From: Eledone cirrhosa | Taxonomy: Eukaryota | DNA length: 64,000 nt | Direction of reading: 5' to 3' | Assembly: GCA_964016885.1 (NCBI GenBank) | Contig: OZ024748.1 | Coordinates: forward strand, 22,072,001 to 22,136,000 | In this document: piece by piece, positions 27,465 through 39,991 of the stretch | Position numbering within the stretch: position 1 is the stretch's first letter | Layout of the letters: each line of letters begins with the position of its first letter | Translations under genes and position numbers: made by a program | The notes under the pieces: model-generated | What the model was told of the DNA's origin: nothing | Seen by the model: only the letters and a program-made list of their open reading frames with translations | Databases searched by the model: none

Positions 27465-27874
27465 AAGGATCGCACCTCAAGCTGTTCACCGGGGAAACAA
27501 TTGTAACACACAATCAATTGAGTTCCGATGCATCACTGATTTTTCGTTTTCCATTCTCTCTCTCTCTCTCTCTCTCACTCTCACTCTCTCTCTCTCTCTC
27601 TCTCTCATATATTCACCTAGCTTATGCTGACAGAATAACTATGAAGCTTGTTTCCTTCCTCTACGGTTAGCTCTACTCTTTGTTGTTTTCCTGTCTCACT
27701 CGCTTTACGCGTTTTAATTGTCCTAATAACTTAATTTAGTTATTATTGCACCGACGTGAGGTATATGATTTTTAATGCAATGAAATATCTATGATCGTCG
27801 GCAAATCACTGATGAGGGACTTATTTTATTACATGTTATCCATGTGCTACCAACAGTATTTTTCTCCCCATTTT

Positions 27875-27951
<77 letters not shown>

Positions 27952-28206
27952 TTATTTTCCACCTATTTATTTTACACCTAATTCTGTTTAATTGACTGTA
28001 TATCTGGGCGATTACGCTGTCGAAATATTCGATAATATTCCGTCGCAGCCGCGCGAAGGGCTGGTTTCGGTTATTTGCTGGAGATTTCTTCATAGAAGCC
28101 TTATTCTTATAGCCTGGTCTATTCGATTTTTTATATGGTTAATTATGCTAATTGGGAGAGGAAATGGTATATATTTTATCTGGTGATTCTATAGACATGT
28201 TTTATG

Positions 28207-28298
<92 letters not shown>

Positions 28299-28414
28299 GG
28301 TAATTCTGAAGGAAAAGCAAAGGAAAAAAGAGTGCTCTATGTATAGAAGAGGTCTATTTAATTAGAAAGTGAACAACACAAAATATAACTACTCCATAGT
28401 TATATTTTGTGTTG

Positions 28415-28508
<94 letters not shown>

Positions 28509-28753
28509 CTCTCTCTCTCTGGTACTCTTCTCTCACTCTCTCTCTCGCTCTCAATATATATATATATATATATTCAGTTATTAGGAGTATTCCAAAGCTT
28601 GGTAGAACAAGTTGTGAGGAAAGTTCTCAACATACGTTAAGGTGACTCGACAGGTTGGTAGGGATTCTGTAGTGGAAACACGAACAAACGAGGAGTGTAA
28701 TCAAAGAAGAGAAATAGGACGAAGGTAAACAGTTACAAAAGAATTTAATCCAC

Positions 28754-28854
28754 GTATTAACAATTGTTTCATCAGAGTTTCAGTCCATTATTGCTACACT
28801 ATGTTATAATAGGCAATCAAGAAAGATACTGTGGCATCCGAATTTTCAAAATAC
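28754..28854 (-). ncRNA. Hammerhead ribozyme, mirror copy of 28883-28983
   Basis: Left arm of the palindrome; core TTGAAAA, differing from the right arm only at N7. Confidence 0.68.
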
Positions 28855-28882
28855 AAAGTTGGAATGACCTCATTCCAACTTT

Positions 28883-28983
28883 GTATTTTGATAATTCGGA
28901 TGCCACAGTATCTTTCTTGATTGCCTATTATAACATAGTGTAGCAATAATGGACTGAAACTCTGATGAAACAATTGTTAATAC
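28883..28983 (+). ncRNA. Hammerhead ribozyme, U3-A8 core variant with long stem II
   Basis: gtatt TTGATAA t TCGGA...~60 nt...TCTGA t GAAA C aatt G TT^ aatac. 5-bp stem I; palindromic stem III ACAATTGT. Confidence 0.7.
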
Positions 28984-29033
28984 GTGGATTAAATTCTTTT
29001 GTAACTGTTTACCTTCGTCCTATTTCTCTTCTT

Positions 29034-29086
<53 letters not shown>

Positions 29087-29105
29087 TATATATATATATA
29101 TATAT

Positions 29106-29334
29106 CAGGGGCGAAGGGTCCGTGCATGCAACACATGCAGTGCATGCGTTATAGAATCTTGAGTTGATCAATTGCGTCGGTTGAAGCAAGCAGAATTTTG
29201 GCTGCTTACTAAATCGTATAGACACAAAAAAGATAACACACACACACACACACAAACACTTACACACAAACACACGACAGATTTGGGGGCAAGCAGAATT
29301 TTGACTGCTTACTAAACCGTAGACACATAAAAAG

Positions 29335-29378
<44 letters not shown>

Positions 29379-29497
29379 ATAACACTACATGCGGCTTTGA
29401 CCGGGAGGGTCATTTAGATGGAATTTTTTTCGGGGGGGGGGGGGGAGACTGCACAGCCCCACTTTCCGCCATGGCGATTGGACTGCTTTCGCCACTG
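29106..29497. mobile_element. Putative non-autonomous DNA transposon (MITE)
   Basis: Terminal inverted repeats caggggcgaa / ttcgccactg in a TA-rich context; internal ~100-bp duplication. Confidence 0.5.
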
Positions 29498-29944
29498 ATA
29501 TGTATGTATGTCTGTACATATATTTGTGTGTGTGTGTATATATATACAAGTGTGTATATATGTATGTATGTCTATACGCAGAGTCAACGGCCATCCAAAA
29601 GTGTGTAAATATGTATATAGACATGTACCGCGCGGTTAAACCACTGAGAGTGAAGGACCCCTAGCCTTTGTCAGGGCATTCTTCTAGGAGAAAGCAACTC
29701 AGGAAACTGGGATAACTCCGATATAAAACCTGCGGCTCAGTAGTTACTGATGATGTTGATCTTTTCTTCTTTTCGGGTTATAGCTACTGTCGCTCAGAGA
29801 GTGGGATTGGCTCAGTGCTCAGTCTTTCCTCACTTTAAAAAATATCTTCATGCACAGGCATTGCACGATAGAATTAATTGATAATTATTAATAATGGTAT
29901 ATCGTGCAGTGGCCATACTCGATAAGGAGGGGGAAGCCATCATC

Positions 29945-29977
<33 letters not shown>

Positions 29978-30024
29978 TGTATGTATGCATGTATGTTGTG
30001 TATGTATGTTGTGTATATATGTTA

Positions 30025-30435
30025 TGTCAGGTCGCTCTCGAGTGCTACTGGTAACATGTAACCCAGTAAACCTGTCTCATGGTCGGGTCGTCGGCGACTA
30101 AACCGGCAACCCCCACCAAGCTTGCTTGATGAGTAAGGTGATATTTGGACACCTTGCGGGATGAAATACAAGACTCGGCAAAGGTCGGAGGAACTCAGCA
30201 GAGTCAACGGCCATCCAAATAGCCTTTTTTTTTCACCTGGGAGTGAAAGGCCCCAGTTGTTGTCACAACACTTTTTTAGGAGAGGGAAACTCTGAAAGAA
30301 AAACCGGCGACTTCAGAAGTACCTAATGATGTTGACCAGTTCTCCTTTTCGGGTATTGTTTTCGATGCTCAGAGAGTGGGATTGGTCGAGTGCAAGGCCT
30401 TTCTCCACTTTAAAAACCTTCAAAGCACAGACATT
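30025..30435 (+). mobile_element. Interspersed repeat resembling an RTE-type 5'UTR (partial second copy at 29578-29860)
   Basis: Blocks gcagagtcaacggccatccaaa, taggaga..aactc and gctcagagagtgggattgg..cactttaaaaa are shared by both copies. Confidence 0.5.
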
Positions 30436-30494
30436 GCTTGTTCAGGATTTGTTACAGGTTTTTTTTTATAATGATAATAATAATAATAAAATAA

Positions 30495-30861
30495 TAACTG
30501 TTTCTACTTTTGGCACAAGGCCAGCAATTAGTCCAGTGTATTACTGGTACTTTATTTTATCGACCCCGTAAGGATGAAAGGCAAAGTTAACCTAGGCGGG
30601 ATTTGAACTCAGACCATAAAGGGCCGTAACTCTTTGCTGCAAAGCATGGCGACCGACGCTCTAATAATAATAATTGTTTCTACGTTAGGCACAAGGCCAG
30701 CAATTACCCAGTGTATTACTGGTACTTTATTTTATCGACCCCGTAAGGATGAAAGGCAAAGTTAACCTCGGCGGGATTTGAACTCAGAATGGCAAGGGCC
30801 GTAACTCTATGCGTCAAAGCATGGCGTCCGACCCTCTACCGATACTGCCAATCCACCGCCT

Positions 30862-30862
<1 letters not shown>
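30495..30862 (-). mobile_element. Two tandem SINE family A copies
   Basis: Consensus matches at 30495-30665 and 30672-30862. Confidence 0.88.
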
Positions 30863-30907
<45 letters not shown>

Positions 30908-33254
30908 ACACACACATTCACACACGAACGTATTCATATAGAGGAACTAATACACATATACACATATATACATATACGCAACTTTACATATATTTGTGTA
31001 TTGCTTCTCTGTGCGTATTTATTAATATTTGCATTATAGAATGATGTTTGCTATTACAGCAAGCTTCTTGGGATGCTTCTGGTTTGATAAAAGCTACTAA
31101 TAATTCTCTATATTATCAATATAGATTGTCACACCTGGTTGAGTTATCTATTGATCTCATGGCCGCCTCAGATATTTCCTACATAACTGAGAGCAAATAT
31201 ACTATTTAGCAGAAACGATAAAACATTCTTTTAAATTACTTATAGTATGTGTTTTCATATTTTTACACTACTAGCGTGAAAGCACGTGGCTTACTGGTTA
31301 GGGTGTTTTTCTTACGAACGTAAGGTCGTGTGTTCTGTTTCCACGCGTTGTGTCCTTAAGCAAGATATTTTAATTCATGCTGCTCCATTTCACTCAGCTG
31401 GCAAAAATGAAATGTATTTGTAATTCGAAGGGACAGCATTGTCACACATCGTGCCACGCTGAATCTCCCTGAGAATTGCGTTAAAAGTACACATTTCTTT
31501 CTATGGAGTGCTCAGTCACTTGTACATTAAATTCATGAGCAGGTTGTTTCGTAGATCAAACAACTGGAACTACCGGAGATACAACACACACATTATCAGT
31601 TTAAATTTCTTCGTTGTCAAATTTGCCTTTATTGAATCTGTACAGAGTCGAAAAATTAACCCTTTTGTGTGTCATGTATCATGTGTTTTCTTTGTGCCGG
31701 TTATTGGATGAACTGCTGTGCAGGGGAAGAAATATTTTGTATGTATGCACTATATGTCTTGTGTATCTAGTTGAAGTGTTACTTGACAGTAAGATATATA
31801 ATACTTTCAAGAGGCATTTGCTTTTCATAACAGCGAAGACCTCAATAGTCCGAGATAATTGCATTGCACTGTGTGTCCTATGTTGCACATTGAAGTGTTA
31901 TTTGCCTGCAAGATATACAATACTTTCACGAGGTGTTTGCCTTTTATAAGTAGGGAAGATTTTGATAGCTCACCAATAACATTGCCCTGTGCAAGCCTTT
32001 CTTGCATTTGATCTCTTTGTAACAACTATATACTGTTACAATCAGATAAAATGCCTGATCGGTATCCTGTTGAAGCTCATATTTCCGCTGTTCTTATTAA
32101 AAGGTTGCTGAAATCTGTGGTCTTCTGAAAATATTTGATTATAAGGAAGAAGAATTTACTCGCGACGGTAGATTTAACATAAATGTTATATAGTCGGGGT
32201 TCATCACAAGTTTTCTTGGTTTCTTAGACTTTCTAGGGCGGGCATTTATGTTGGCATTGTTGTTGGCGATTACATAATTTTTTCCTGATTGTAACGTATA
32301 TTTATATATATTTCATCATTTTACTGGCTTCAGTCGTTATATAGTGGCCATGCTGGAGCATCGCCTTCATTTAGTCGATCATATCGACCCAGTACTATTT
32401 TACCAAGTCTGGTACTTATTTCATCGATTACAGGACACAAATGCAGATACAAATCTAAACACAGACACGAACAATCAGGCATAAATACGTATAAATATAC
32501 ACACACAAAACATATACACATATATACACATGAAATTCTGAAATGTAAACGTCCCAATGCAAGAATGATCTTAATAATATTCGATCACTATAAATAATAG
32601 TTGAGAAAATCGTGTAAATTACATGGAAACTGAAAAAAAAGTGGACAGAGTTGAGTGCCTTAACCACGACACTTAAGAGCCATATTCGTTTACTAGTATG
32701 TCAAACAATATGCCCGATTAAAATTAGTTTTGTACCCTTGGATTACATTCCATCGGGATCTTATTTATTCTTCAAGAACATCAGTAGCTACAACGGGGAA
32801 ATAAATGAGCAACATTCACGCTTAATGCAACAAACATTGTAGTTTATTACAATATATATACATTCTTGTCCTCAGGTGACCTCACATGAGAATGAATGTA
32901 TTTGTTCTAGAGGAAAATAGACATTGTGATGTTTCTAACAAGACTGTTGTGAAAGGCAGGGAATTGGCAGAGTCGTTAGAATGTCGGAAAGAATGTTGTG
33001 CGATATTCGTTCCGGTTTTCTGCGCTCGGAGTTCAAATCCCACGGAAGTCAACTTTGTTTTTCATCCTTTTGAGGTCGATAAAAAGTGCTGGCTCAATTC
33101 TTTCTCTATATCTCTTTCTCATTGCCTGAGGGATGGGAGATGGAAGGTCTCCGCCAGATTTAAAGTGCCCAACACATGTTGTATATCACGCCGACTGTAA
33201 CGGGTGCATGGCTTCATCTACGCATTCTTTCGCACACATGTTCATACAAACATA

Positions 33255-34890
33255 CACATGTACAGACACTCACATGTACACACACTCACATGTACAGACA
33301 CACACATGTACAGACACTCACATGTACAGACACCCACATGTACAGACACTCACATGTACATACACTCACATGTACAGACATACACATGTACACACACTCA
33401 CATGTACATACACTCACATGTACAGACACCCACATGTACAGACACTCACATGTACATACACTCACATGTACAGACATACACATGTACACACACTCACATG
33501 TACATACACTCACATGTACAGACACTCACATGTACACACACTCACATGTACAGACATACACATGTACAGACACTCACATGTACAGACACTCACATGTACA
33601 TACACTCACATGTACAGACATACACATGTACAGACACCCACATGTACAGACACACACATGTACAGACACTCATATGTACAGATACTCACATGTACAGACA
33701 CTCATATGTACAGACACTCACATGTACAGACACTCACATGTACACACACTCACATGTACAGACACTCACATGTACAGACACTCACATGTACAGACACTCA
33801 TATGTACAGACACTCACATGTACAGACACTCACATGTACAGACACTCACATGTACAGACACTCACATGTACAGACACTCACATGTACAGACATACACATG
33901 TACAGACACTCATATGTACAGATACTCACATGTACAGACACTCATATGTACAGACACTCACATGTACAGACACTCACATGTACACACACTCACATGTACA
34001 GACACTCACATGTACAGACACTCATATGTACAAAAACTCACATGTACAGACACTCACATGTACAGACACTCACATGTACAGACACACACATGTACAGACA
34101 CTCACATGTACAGACACTCACATGTACAGACACCCACATGTACAGACACTCACATGTACAGACACTCACATGTACAGACACTCACATGTACAGACACTCA
34201 CATGTACAGACACACACATGTACAGACACTCACATGTACAGACACTCACATGTACAGACACCCACATGTACAGACACTCACATGTACAGACACTCAGATG
34301 TACAGACACTCACATGTACAGACACTCACATGTACAGACACACACATGTACAGACACACACATGTACAGACACTCATATGTACAGACACTCATATGTACA
34401 GACACTCACATGTACAGACACTCACATGTACATACACTCACATGTACAGACACTCACATGCACATACAGCCACATGTACAGACACACACATGTACAAACA
34501 CTCACATGTACAGACACTCATATGTACAGACACTCACATGTACAGACACTCACATGTACAGACACACACATGTACAGATACTCACATGTACAAACACTCA
34601 CATGTACAAACACTCACATGTACAGACACTCACATGTACAGGCACTCACATGTAAAGACACACACATGTACAGACACTCACATCTACAGACACTCACATG
34701 TACAGACACCCATATGTACAGACACTCACATGTACAGACACTCACATGTACATACACTCACATGTACAGACACTCACATGCACATACAGCCACATGTACA
34801 GACACCTACATGTACAGACACTCACATGTACATACAGACAGATGTACAGATACAGACATGCACATACAGCCACATGTACAGATATACACA
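33255..34890. repeat. 16-bp minisatellite (cacatgtacagacact), ~100 copies
   Basis: Direct reading; explains the 480-595 aa pseudo-ORFs. Confidence 0.97.
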
Positions 34891-34905
34891 TTTAAAGACT
34901 CACTA

Positions 34906-35412
34906 ATCGGCGGGATTTGAACTCAGATCAAAAAGGGCCGTAACTCTATGCTGCAAAGCATGGCGTCCGGCCCTCTACCGATACTGCCAATCCACCACCC
35001 TGTAGTATAATAATAATAAAAGGCATGCTTGCTGGGAACAGCAAGAAACCTCCGATACGTCCTGAATATCTGAGGCTGCAGGCAGCGGTTTGATGTTCAT
35101 TTGAACAAACTTTCCAGTTAAATAACTATTTCTACTTTAGGCACAAGGCCAGCAATCACTCAGTACATTACTGGTACTTTGTTAAATAACATCAATGAAT
35201 GAGACTCCAATAATAATAATAATAATTGTTTCTACTTTAGGCACAAGGCCAGCAATTACCCAGTGCATTACTGGTACTTTATTTTATCGACCCCGTAAGG
35301 ATGAAAGGCAAAGTCAACCTCGGCTGGATTTGAACTCAGATCGTAAAGGGAGGTAACTATGCTGGAAAGCATGGCGTCCGACCCTCTACCGATACTGCCA
35401 ATCCACCGCCCC
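34906..35412 (-). mobile_element. SINE family A copies 34906-35001 (partial) and 35223-35412
   Basis: Consensus matches. Confidence 0.85.
35019..35210 (+). mobile_element. Extreme 3' fragment of the same Dong-like element, in (TAA)n
   Basis: Matches 42069-42195 (KACLLGTAR.LRYVLNI* plus 3'UTR); interrupted by a 54-bp SINE piece. Confidence 0.85.
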
Positions 35413-35768
35413 TGTATAATAATAATAATAATAATAATGATTTATAATAATAATAATAAAAATAATAATAATAGCGACTATAATTTTATTTCGTTTTCTC
35501 CACATCCAGTCAACATAGTATATCTGTACATGAACAATAACAAGAGAAATAAAGTTAAAGATCAGGAATGCATCCTTATCCGACCTATTAAACTTATTTC
35601 CAACTCGAGTCAAACAGTCGCTGATGTAAAATCAAAATTGATGTCCAGTAAATGAATTTCATGTTATTCCAAAGATGGCTTCATAATAAAATGTTATCGT
35701 ATTAAGAGCGGTCAACTTCAATTGTTACACAAATGTAGGAATGCACATAAAGTACGAATTCCCTGGTT

Positions 35769-35864
<96 letters not shown>

Positions 35865-35918
35865 TATATATATATATAGGCATAAAAACATGCATACATA
35901 GATATGCATATATCTTTA

Positions 35919-35955
<37 letters not shown>

Positions 35956-35965
35956 ACACACACAC

Positions 35966-36048
<83 letters not shown>

Positions 36049-36114
36049 GGCATAAAAACATGCATGCATATCTTTATATATGTATATATATATATATATA
36101 TACACACACACATT

Positions 36115-36171
<57 letters not shown>

Positions 36172-36191
36172 GCATACACACCCACATATAT

Positions 36192-36224
<33 letters not shown>

Positions 36225-36308
36225 AATACTTATGTACACAGGCTTAAAAACAAGCATGCATATATACATCCATGCATACATATATATCTTTATCTATCTA
36301 TCTATCTA

Positions 36309-36415
<107 letters not shown>

Positions 36416-37368
36416 GTGTGTGTTCTGTGTCTGTGTCTCTGTCTGTACTGTATATAAATGATTCCTACAATTACACCCAAGTTCTCTGTTTCACCGTCAG
36501 GCGTAAGAACGCTGTATTTTATGTGTAAAGTACTTTAATAGCAGCAATTATCTCTTGTGGTTTACCATAACAGCCATGGACTTCCGTCGGTTTAGATGAT
36601 GTCTCTTCCAGTTGTTCATGAAATTAACGAGCAAGTGGTTGAGCATTTCACAGACACGTACACCATTAACGTAATTCTCAGGGAGATTCAGCGTCACAGA
36701 TTGTGTGTAGTGACAAATATTTAAATTACTCAACCAATTAGTTTCATTCCAGAACCTACCAGAACCTTCGAAAACCTATCAGAACCTTCCATAATCTTCC
36801 TGAACCTCCCAGAACCTTCCAGAACCTTCCAGAACCTTCCAGTATATCTATGTATTTGGAACGGTGTACAATACCTTAACGACTCCAGCTTAAAGTATTT
36901 TACCTTTCATGTATTACTTGTAACATTGGGAAAGGTATTAATATCAGAATGGCCTTGCTTCTACATATATATATATAATCTGAAATAAGGCCTTACACAT
37001 ACAGACACACCTACACATATACAACACAATCTCTCTTTCTCTCTCACTCACTCACTCATACATACACACGCACACACACACACTCTCTCTCTCATACACA
37101 CACACACACTCTCTCTCATACACATACACATTTCTTTCGTACATAGAAACGACTTCTGCAAGACTAGACTAGAACTGTTTCATTTGTATGAAATTAGCGA
37201 GATTGTCGTTCATACGAATGAAACAGTTCTAGTCCTGTAGTAGTCATCTCTATGTAAAATAAATATGCTTCTTCTCTAACTACTAACGTATTGGGTAGTT
37301 TATTTAACTGTTTTTTTTTTCCGATTTCTCTCTCTGTCTCTGTCTCTCTCTCTAGCTATATATATATA

Positions 37369-37458
<90 letters not shown>

Positions 37459-37550
37459 ACCGATAACTTAGACTTTTTCATATGTATATATATATATATA
37501 TATATGCATATATATATATATATATATGCATATATATATATATATATATA

Positions 37551-37584
<34 letters not shown>

Positions 37585-37684
37585 TATATATATATATATA
37601 TGCATATATATATATATATATGTGCATATATATGCATATATATATATATATGCATATATATATATATATATATATGCATATATA

Positions 37685-37717
<33 letters not shown>

Positions 37718-37832
37718 CCGATAATTTAGACTTTTTCATATGTATATATATATATATATATATGCATATATATATATGCATATATATATATGCATATATA
37801 TATATATATATGCATATATATATATATATATA

Positions 37833-37892
<60 letters not shown>

Positions 37893-37974
37893 TATATATA
37901 TATATATATGCATATATATATATATGCATATATATATATATATGCATATATATATATATGCATATATATATATA

Positions 37975-38038
<64 letters not shown>

Positions 38039-38083
38039 GAAATATGAAATATAAGAATCAAAGAACTGTTCAAAACATTATTG

Positions 38084-38130
38084 TGCTTACAGCTGTTTCC
38101 TCCAAACCGAGGTTTGGATTCTTCGGAGCA
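38084..38130 (-). ncRNA. Minimal hammerhead motif (U4C change)
   Basis: Minus strand: tgct CCGAAGA a TCCAAAC ctcg GTTTGGA g GAAA C agct G TA^ agca. Confidence 0.72.
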
Positions 38131-38338
38131 ATTTATTAATGCATGGACAGTTATATGACCTCCTTTTCAGCCGCGAGACATACCAATACATATTCAAACA
38201 TTGATACATATTCAAACATTGTGGGTCAACATTCATTACAAAATTTAGAGTGGCAGTACACACTTCGACAGTCAAGTTTGCAATTTTCAACTGTTTTCCA
38301 CAGTTGAAAATTGCAAACTTAACTGTCACCACATATTA

Positions 38339-38377
38339 TGAACCTGAAGATTGCGAAAGCATGAAAGTACTTGTTCA
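38339..38377 (+). ncRNA. Minimal type I hammerhead ribozyme
   Basis: tgaac CTGAAGA t TGC gaaa GCA t GAAA GTAC TT^ gttca. 5-bp stem I, GNRA-capped stem II, palindromic stem III AAGTACTT. Confidence 0.8.
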
Positions 38378-38579
38378 ATTAACACTTAGAATTTAATATT
38401 CTATCATACTATTTCATTATAATACCATTATAAATTTTAAAGGATTGTAAATAAAACGAGTAAATCAGACAAAGTTGGAATTCCTCTTATTAATATAATC
38501 TTCTATACACAATCATACACACCCGTGTATATTTACCTATATATATATATATATATATGCATATATATATATATATATA

Positions 38580-38645
<66 letters not shown>

Positions 38646-38669
38646 TATATATATATATATATATATATA

Positions 38670-38751
<82 letters not shown>

Positions 38752-38761
38752 TATATATATA

Positions 38762-38809
<48 letters not shown>

Positions 38810-38833
38810 TATATATATATGCATATATATATA

Positions 38834-38965
<132 letters not shown>

Positions 38966-38989
38966 TATATATATATATATATATATATA

Positions 38990-39062
<73 letters not shown>

Positions 39063-39401
39063 TTATATATATATACACATGAAAAAAGTCTAAACTATCG
39101 GTTACATGTGAGAAATGCAGCCGATGATTTAGACCTGGTTTGTCATGAAACCACTGGTTGTACTTAGTTAAATCCATCTGTTAATATAAATACTTAACCT
39201 CCACATTGATTGTTCATTTCTTTCATTCGGACCCACAACTGTGGAAAACTAGAAACGTAGTATATAATATAAGATGTACTGAGGGGCAGTGTATGAATAA
39301 GAACATATATAGGTGAAAGGGCCCGTAGCATAGGAGAAAGAATAAATGAAAACTGGCGGGAACTCCAAGATGGGAAAAACTCATCAGTCCTCCACCAACA
39401 T

Positions 39402-39442
<41 letters not shown>

Positions 39443-39445
<3 letters not shown>

Positions 39446-39793
39446 GGCACATGGCTTAGTGGTTAGAGCATTGGCCTTGCAATCGAAAGGTTGTGAGTTC
39501 AATTCTCAGACTGGGTGATGTGTTGTTTCCTTGAGCAAGACACTTTATTTCACATTGCTCCAGTTTACTCAGCTGTAGAAATGAGATGATAGGGACTGGG
39601 GTCCATATCATTCCACTGCAAAGTGGTCGTGGAGGTGCCACGGCAAAAAAGCACCCAGCACTCACTGTAAAGGAGGTTGGTGTTAGGAAGGGCATCCAGC
39701 TGTAGAAATCAAGCCAGCATCAGTTCCCGTCCCACCCTTGCAAGCAGGGAAAAAAGCGGACGTAAAATGAAATGATGATGATGATGATGATGA
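39443..39793 (+). mobile_element. tRNA-derived SINE family B, long form with (ATG)n tail
   Basis: tggcttagtggttagagc..gagttcaattctc..ccttgagcaagacact; near-identical inverted copy at 44458-44800. Confidence 0.88.
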
Positions 39794-39958
39794 TATATAT
39801 ATATAAGTTAACAAGATATCGTTTAAGGTAATCCAAGTCGAGGCTATGAGTCCTCTGTGTCGAAGATAGTTTTAACGTTCGGCATTGTTTGATTCAACAA
39901 GAAGTGTCCTTAATGGGGTGGCCGGTTTAAGAAAGTTCCTAGGTTAGCAGTTCTTGGA

Positions 39959-39989
<31 letters not shown>

Positions 39990-39991
<2 letters not shown>

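Larger units (their letters stand above)
28700..29037. repeat. 338-bp near-perfect palindrome (168-bp arms, 2-nt spacer)
   Basis: Arms 28700-28867 and 28870-29037; one mismatch seen. Lies in a (TA)n-flanked insert beginning at ~28573. Confidence 0.95.

Noticed and set aside
27775-27845. GAAATATCTA..tgat/atca..CTGATGA as a type II hammerhead
   Set aside because: Stems II and III cannot be paired convincingly.
33133-34920. 595/576/483-aa His/Cys/Thr-rich ORFs
   Set aside because: Translations of a 16-bp minisatellite that is open in all three frames; no domain or splice evidence.
36748-36930. (ccagaacctt)n ending near tgtaaca as a solo LTR
   Set aside because: No second LTR, TSD or clear primer-binding site identified.
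39443-39525. tRNA genes at SINE heads
   Set aside because: A/B boxes are present but there is no complete cloverleaf, and each is followed by a SINE body and tail.
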